Of a DNA stretch of 29,340 nucleotides, positions 1-7,600 are shown one piece after another; positions within the stretch are counted from its first letter, which is position 1; every line of letters begins with the position of its first letter. Origin of the DNA: Breznakia blatticola. GTDB lineage: Bacteria > Bacillota_I > Bacilli_A > Erysipelotrichales > Erysipelotrichaceae. A program made the translations under genes and the position numbers. The stretch lies in contig NZ_SODD01000034.1 in NCBI RefSeq assembly GCF_004365815.1, positions 1 through 29,340 on the forward strand, read 5' to 3'. A model generated the notes under the pieces. The model had not been told where the DNA came from and ran no database searches. It saw only the letters and a list, made by a program, of their open reading frames with translations.

Positions 1-102
1 TTCGGGGCTTTTATGTGCCATTGATGACAATTTAATAATTAAGGTTATTATGAATGTAAATTTACTCTTGACAATGGTCACTTCATAACAGGAGAGAATA
101 GT

Positions 103-303
103 ATGAAATTTCGTGAACTAGATACGGTAAAAGTGACAAAGGATATTAATGGTAAAGTAAAAAAAGATATGGTAGGTGTTATTGTATATGCGACGGAAGG
201 TTATGATATTTATGAAGTAGAATTCTTAGATATAGAAGGTTATACGATAGATTTACAAACTATAAATGAAGAAAATCTTGAGTTAATATCAAATAATGAA
301 TAA
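103..303 (+). CDS. DUF4926-like small protein (66 aa)
   Basis: ORF with SD GGAGAG (91-96) 6 nt before the ATG. The pattern ELDtV..tkDi....kkdmvGvIV.....yDiYEVEFlD.eGyTi matches my recollection of the DUF4926 family. No search was run. Confidence 0.65.
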   Translation: MKFRELDTVKVTKDINGKVKKDMVGVIVYATEGYDIYEVEFLDIEGYTIDLQTINEENLELISNNE

Positions 304-716
304 AGATTCTAATATTTAATATGGTGCAGGGATGTTATGTAAACATGTCAATAATTTTCGTAAAATGACTAAGTAAAACAGGTAGTACAGTGCAAAGTTT
401 AATGCAGCTGGTGTGATAATAACTAAAATGCAGCTGGAAAGTTATTATGGCTTAAAAAAGGTAATTCATCTGCTGGATAATAACATATTATAATCGGTCG
501 TATCACAGATTTCGTTGATAAAAGAATTACAGGAGTATCTAATTTTTAAGACGAACCATCGATTGATGCTTGAGTTAGTGAGATGAGTTCTTTGTAGAAT
601 GTTTAGTAAATAGTAGTACTTATCGAAGTGTACAATTGTATATAGAACTAGCGAATTTATTATTACATTCTATCCAATTAATTTGAATATAAAAGAAAAC
701 TTGGATAGGCTATTGA

Positions 717-939
717 ATTGCAGGAATTAAACTTTCAAACCAGTTAGAAGATGAATTGAAAGGATTACAAAAAGACTATGAAACATATTTTGATATGAGT
801 GATCAAATGAATCCAACTTCTTTGTCTGAAGATAAAAAAATATGAAACGCGCTTTTGAAGTTAGAGACGAATTGCAAAAGAATTAGGTTCGGATTTTAAA
901 ATGATAAATGAAGTTGAAAAAATGTTACCTAATTTATAG
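717..939 (+). pseudogene. Possible decayed ORF. Three consecutive frame-shifted helical, charged reading-frame pieces.
   Basis: Frame pieces are ..IKLSNQLEDELKGLQKDYETYFDMSDQMNPTSLSEDKKI* (stop 843-845, just after an A7 run at 834-840), MKRAFEVRDELQKN*, and GSDFKMINEVEKMLPNL* (stop 937-939). No intact start or SD. Family not recognised. Confidence 0.25.
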
Positions 940-1024
940 GTGATTAAAATGTTTCAATGATTTCCAAATTCTTTTAAGAAACATATTCAAGAAAGGAAAA
1001 TAAAAATAGAGCACAAAAAATATA

Positions 1025-1054
1025 TAGAAAATGACATATATTATATGTTAAAAT
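1025..1054 (+). promoter_or_regulatory. Candidate sigma-A promoter for the RHS cassette
   Basis: Extended -10 TGtTAAAAT (1046-1054). Weak -35 TAGAAA (1025-1030) with an 18-nt spacer. About 80 nt upstream of the TTG start at 1134. Confidence 0.35.
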
Positions 1055-1133
1055 GTGTATGTTATGTGTGCGAAGTTAAGAAACAAAACGTTTGTTTTTT
1101 TACTTTGCACTTTTTTTATAAAGGGGGAACATT

Positions 1134-1589
1134 TTGAGAGAGATTTGGAACAAGGTACTATTTACCGTAAAGACAAAAGAAGTTAAGGTAAAGCATGTAG
1201 TTGTTGTGTTGTTGCTACTGTTATTACTTCTGCTTTTGCAACAATGTACAAGTGTTAAGGATGATGATCAAAAGAAAGCAGATACCATTGAAAATGTATG
1301 TGAATTAGCATCAATTAATACAGATGAGTTACAAATATTGTTGGAACGTAGCGATCTATGTAGTGAAAAATGGTACGAAGATTATGAAGACTATGAAGAT
1401 GCATTAGTTGAACAGCATAAACTGCTTAAGAAACATGAGGGGAAAAAACAAAAACAATTGTATAAAAAACAAGAAGTGTTGATTAAAGCAGTTAAAGAAT
1501 TCAAAGAAAAAGAAACTGAGGCAAGTGTGAATGCTTTAGAAAAAGCATATGAAGAATATCGAACATATGCAAAAAGTGTGTGTAAATAA
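1134..1589 (+). CDS. Membrane-anchored (signal-anchor or atypical lipoprotein) coiled-coil protein, 151 aa, function unknown
   Basis: TTG start with strong SD AAGGGGG (1121-1127) and 6-nt spacing. Basic N-region KTKEVKVKH, then V4L10, then QQC. The C-terminal ~110 aa are charged and heptad-like (EKWYEDYEDYEDALVEQHKLLKKHEGKKQKQLYKKQEVLIKAVKEFKEKE). It ends 11 nt (or 32 nt to ATG 1622) before the RHS gene, so co-transcription is likely. Confidence 0.7.
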   Translation: MREIWNKVLFTVKTKEVKVKHVVVVLLLLLLLLLLQQCTSVKDDDQKKADTIENVCELASINTDELQILLERSDLCSEKWYEDYEDYEDALVEQHKLLKKHEGKKQKQLYKKQEVLIKAVKEFKEKETEASVNALEKAYEEYRTYAKSVCK

Positions 1590-1600
1590 TTAAACATAGA

Positions 1601-4600
1601 ATGAAAAGGGAAAGAATAGACATGAGAAAGAAACTATTACCAGTATTTTTAGTGTGTCTGATGCTGTTACAAGTATCTGATACCGGGCTGCGTGTGTTAG
1701 CTGCGCAGTCAAATCGAATTACTCCAGGTGCAAGTTATGGAAGTATGTATCAAAAAGATATACAAAGAGAGATTGTTAATGTATATGATGCAAATGATGA
1801 TGCCCAGGAAGAAGCTGTAGTTACAAAGGAAGCAAGTAACTATGATTTAAGTGATCCATACGAATCGTATGAAGAGGTTGAAGACAAGCGTGAGATTAAT
1901 TCAAAAACGTATGAAATTCAAAAAGGCGTTTTCGTTAAGGAAACGTATTTTGAACCAATTCATAAAGAAGAAAATGGGAAACTAGTTGATATTGATGATC
2001 GATTAGAAAACGTAAATCGATCACGTTCAAATAAAGCAATTTATAAAAGTAAAGATGGATTGCTTGATGTACAAATTGATGGAAACAGTGTTCGTGTAAC
2101 AAATGAAGAAACAAGTGATTTGCAATGGAGTTTACCAGATGCAGATGTTTCACATTATAGTGTAAAAGAGAATGTAATTTTATTTACGAATGTATATAAA
2201 AACATCGATATGGAATATGTAATACGTTCAAATAAAGTATTTACTACGTTCTATATCAATGGACCTGTTGAAAAATCTACATTGGATTTTATTTTTACTA
2301 GTCAACATTTGACAAGTAAAGAGACAGACGATGGAGTTGTGTTTTATCGTAGTGATAATCCAGATCAAGATGTATATGTGTTTGCCAAGCCAACAATTCG
2401 AAGTGCAACAGAAGCGATTGGAAACAGTCAAATCACATATGAAAATGCACAGGATGGCGTACATGTATCATTGAGTTTAGATCAAACTTGGATTAATGAT
2501 AGTGCTCAAGTATATCCAATTGCTTTAAGCACAAGAGCGGCAAATCTTGAAGTATTGAATATTACATCTTGTTATGTGCGTAGTGAAACACCAAACTTTA
2601 GTTCAAGTCAATATAGTGATTTGTTTGTTGGATACGATAACGAGTTTTGGGCAGGTATTGGTGTACGAACTGGTGTTAACCGTTCATATTTTTACATCGA
2701 TAAACCAAATCTTGGAAACAACATGCGTGTTGAAAAGGCAAACTTAGAATTATTTAAAGAGCAAGATGGTATTGAGCAAGGTGTAAGTCACCTAATGGGA
2801 AAAAACATTGAAGCGTATGAATGTGCCAATGCAAATTTAAATACACTAACTTGGAATACCCAACCAACTATAGAGAAAAAACTATCAACAAATAATGTTG
2901 AAGGAGTTAAAAACAAATATTATAAATTTGATATTACAGGTTATGTTAGTAGTCGGTACAAAGGGATTGAAAAAACACTATTATTAAAGGCAGAAGATGA
3001 GTCAATTAACGCATTTGCGAATGTTTTTAATAGTGAAAGTACAGCAAGTCGTCCAAGAATTACGATTGAATATCGTGAAGATTATGATGTGGATCCAAAC
3101 CTTTCCATTGAAAATTTTGATCAAGAGCTACGTGTTGTTAGTAAACTAAATGATGGATTTAAAGCATTAAGTTTAGATGGTCTAATAAAACCATATGCAA
3201 CAGCTGTATTTAAATTACATGAAAAACAAGATGGTAACTCTACAGTTATTAATGAACTTCTTTCCATGAGTGTAGGAGGAGCATATTTTTCTCATCCAAT
3301 CGTATTTACAAACCCATATGGAAGTGGACATACAGTACAACCATCTTACAATGGAAATAAAGAGGGTCAAAACTATACAACAAATTATGTAAAGGCAGAA
3401 AGTATACCAAAATTTGATACTTTATACGAGTATGTTATGAAGGTTAAAAAAGATGGTGTAGAGAGTGCAAAAAGTATCACAACGGATGGATTTATCAAGT
3501 ATAAAGTTAAAAATGGAGATACATTACGTTCTATTGCTTCGTATTATGGAGTAAGTATTGATCAAATCAAACTGGATAATAATCAAAGTAGCAATAGTGT
3601 CTATGCTGGACAAGTATTATTTATCCGCTTTAAGAAAGATAATACCAAAGTACCAAAAGATGTTTATACACCACCACTACGTACGATTACGTATGAAGCT
3701 AAATATGTATATCGAGGACCACAATGTTATGGAACTTGTCCTATTGGGGATCCAATTACGACAACCAATGGAAACTTTTACTATGAAACAGAAGATTTCA
3801 CTTTAAAAGATTATGATGCATTTACTTTCCACCGTTACTACAACTCAACGGGAGAACAAGTTTCAAATATGTTTGGAAATGGGTTTACAAGTAATTTGGA
3901 ACAATATGTAACCTATGATGAAAATAAAAACATCTTATTTTTCAGAGGGGATGGGAAGATTCTTCAAATTGATAAAACCGCAAATGGATATACACCAAAA
4001 ACGACAGATCGTATTGAAATTGAAGTAAAACAAGATGAAGTTCAAATCTTTGATATTGAAACTGGAAGAACGTATGTATTTGATAGTTATGGAACACTTG
4101 TGACTATCATTGAAAAAACTGGACACAAAACGACTATTTCTTATGATGCATATGGTGCAATTCAAAGTATTCGTGTTGGTGAAAAGGAAATTAGTTTTAC
4201 CTACAATGAAAACAATTTAGTGCAAAGTATTCAATTACCAAATGGAAAAAGTGTAAGTTATACTTATGATGCAAAACGTAATTTAACATCATATACAAAT
4301 GTGTTAGGACACAAAGAAACATATAACTATGATGATAAGAATTTCATGCGTAGTATCATTGATAAAAATGGAAATACTATTGCCACAAATACCTATGATG
4401 ATGAAGGTAAAGTAAAAAGCCAAAAGGATGGAAAAGGTCAAGAAATGAAGTTTTCTTATACAAATAAGAAGACGGATATTACTCTAGCTGATAATACAAA
4501 AGTGACGTATGAACATGAAGACTTTAAAACAACGAAAGTTGCCTATGGAGATGGTTCAAGCAGTTCATATCGCTATGATACGTATGGCAATATTATTGAG

Positions 4601-7600
4601 AAAATCGATGAAGATCAAAATAAAACAACGTATACGTATGATAAACATGATTTACTTGAAATCGCATATCCAGATGGAACGACAGAAAGTTATACGTATA
4701 ATAGCGCACACCAAGTAACAAGTAAAACGGGTCGTGATGGTGGAGTAGAGTATTTTGCATATCAAGGAAATGATCTAGTAAAACATACGTTAGCAGATGG
4801 AACATTTACAACATATACGTATGATGCAAATCATCGTGTAGTAACAGAAACAAGTGCTACAGGTGCATCAAAGACATATACATATAGTGGAAATCAAATT
4901 GCCAGCATTACACATTCAAATGGTCTAGTTGAAAACTTTACGTATGATGCAAGTGGAAACGTGTTGAAAGAAAGTGATAACCAGGGTAAAAATCAAACGT
5001 ATTTGTATAACGATAATAATCAAATGATTAAGAAAACGTATACGGATGGGACTTATGAAGAGTGGGGTTATGATGGTAATGGAAACATTACAAGTTATCG
5101 TGACCGCATTGGTGGAATCACTACAAATACATATGATAAAAACAATAATGTAATTGCTAGTAAAAAAGGAAGTCTAACAAATTCGAAAGTTTATGATAGT
5201 AATAACCAGTGTATCAAAGAAACAGATGCACAAGGAATTACAAAAACATATACCTATGATGCTAAACTTAGATTAATTAAGGAAAGTGATGGCTTAGGTA
5301 ATGAAATAAGTTATACGTATGATGCCTTAGACCATGTAATTAAAACGATTGATGTACGTGGACAAGAAAGTACAGATACATATGATCAAGATTTATTAAT
5401 CAAACATGTTGATGCTGCTGGATTAGAAACGACATATAGCTATGATGATAAAAACCGTGAAATCGAAAAAGCATATACCAATGGAACCAAAGAAAGTAAA
5501 GTATATACAGGTTTACTTTTAACTGAAGAAAGCGACATTCGTGGACAAAAAACAACGTATACGTATGATGCATATAGTCGTATCAAAACAAAGACTGTGA
5601 GTATTGGTGAGATTGAACATGTAACAACATATACCTACGATAGTAATAACAATATTACAAAAGAAGATGTAGATGGTGTGGTCACAACGTATGCGTATGA
5701 TGTGTACAATCGTAAGATCAAAGAAACAGATCCATTAGGATTCACGACTTCGTATACATATAACTTTGATGATGAAATCATTTCTACAACGGATGCATTA
5801 GGAAATACATCAACACAAACGTATGATGGTGAAGGAAATCTAATTAAAGAAACCGATAAAAATGGAAATACAGTAGAACATGTTTATAATGCACAAGGAT
5901 TTCTTGTTGCTGAAAAGGATGCTCTAGGAAATACAACAACGTATGCATACAACGAAAAAGGACAATGCATTACAGTTGTTGATCCATATGGATTTACAAC
6001 ATCATTTACATATAGCAAATACAATCAATTGCTTGATACATATCAAGAAGGTACATTAATTGAAAGTATTACATACAACAAATATGGGGATGTAAAAACA
6101 AAGAAAAATACAGAACTGAATGAAAGTTATACGTATGATCATTTTGGTCGACAAGTAACAAAAACAGATCAATATACACAACTACAAACAACAACAAGCT
6201 ATGATGTGTATGGAAATGTAACTAAAGAAGAAGATAGCAATGGAAGAAGTAGTTCTTTCACTTATGATGTATATAACCAAAAATTGACTGAAATCGATGC
6301 ATATGGTCGTACAACAAGCTATACATATGACCAACTTGGACAAGTTATTTCTACAACAAATGCACAAGGAACAACAAGTCAAGTGTACGACAAAAATGGA
6401 AATGTGATTGAAAGTATTTCACCGCTTGGTGTAAGTACAACATACGCATACAACAAACGTAATGAGAAAATCAAAGAAGTCATTGGTGATAAAGAATTAG
6501 CATATAGTTATGATGGACTGGGTCAATTAACGAAGACGACAGATGTAAAACGCAAGAGTGAAACGACGACAAGTTATGATGCAAATGGAAATGTGACTAA
6601 AGAAGTGGATGCATTAGGTAATGCAATCACTTACACATACGATGCAAAAAACCAAAAAGTATCAACAACTGATGCATTAGGAAATACCAGCAAAACGGAA
6701 TATGATGCTAACGGAAATGTAACTAAGGAAATCGATGCACTAGGAAATACAAAACAAAGTTCATATAATGCATACCAACAGCTAGAAAAAGAAGTAGATG
6801 CACGTGGGTTTGAAACGCTATATAGTTATGATGATGCACTACGTTTAGTTAAGGTAGAAGATGCTATTGGTGGATCTATTACATACATATATAATGATGC
6901 AAATAAAGTCAGCAAAGAAACAAATAGTGAAGGTTTTAGTAAGACATTTGTATACGATGACTATGGTCAAATCATTGAAGAAAGTGACTATAATGGTGTC
7001 ATTACAAAACGAAGTTATGATGTACTAGGAAATGTTGTAAAAGAAACAACAGCAAATAAAACAACAACTTCTGTTTATGATGAAAAAGGAAATCATGTAA
7101 AAACAAGTGTAAATGATGTCGTGCAAGAACAATTTACCTACAATGATTACAATCAAGTTGCAACGAAAAAAGATGGAAATTCAAATGTTACAACTTACAC
7201 ATATGATACATATGGAAATGTTAGTACTGAAGATGCTGCAGGTTATAAAACAGCATATACATACAATGTATATGGAGAACTTCTTGAGAAAGTAGAAAAC
7301 GATACATACAAAGAAAGTTACGTATATGATGCAAAAAACCAACTTACTGAAACAAAGGTAAATGGTAAAACTGCACAAACAAAAACATACGATGCAAATG
7401 GGAATATAATCCAAGAAGCAGAGTATGGAAAAGTGATCGAAACACAATATGATGCATGCAATCGTCCATCTGCATATCTTGTAGAATATGAAGGAAGTAT
7501 GCAAGTAATTCAAAGTGTTACATATGATGAAAGTGGTAATGCAATTACAATTACAGATGCTAATGGTAATACAGAACAAAGAACATTTGATGCAAATGGA

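Noticed and set aside
401-495. Short repeats AATGCAGCTGG x2 (401-411, 427-437) and a GCTGG..ATAATAAC / GTTATTAT inverted pair.
   Set aside because: Only two or three short copies with irregular spacing, so this is not CRISPR-like. They lie in the decayed region and may be remnants of coding repeats. No function can be supported.
886-895. GGTTCGGATT resembling a tRNA T-loop, considered as a tRNA fragment or integration att site.
   Set aside because: The flanking bases cannot form a T-stem or acceptor stem. No integrase or direct repeat partner is present in the window.
1081-1101. A/T-only hairpin AAACAAA-acg-TTTGTTT followed by a T-run, between the candidate promoter and ORF 1134. Considered as a terminator or attenuator.
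   Set aside because: The stem has no G-C pairs and a 3-nt loop, so predicted stability is too low to call.
1197-1246. Run of Val/Leu codons (GTT GTT GTG TTG TTG CTA CTG TTA TTA CTT CTG CTT TTG) considered as a phase-variable simple-sequence repeat.
   Set aside because: The codons are heterogeneous and there is no perfect tandem unit of three or more copies, so slipped-strand variation is unlikely. It is better explained as a hydrophobic anchor.
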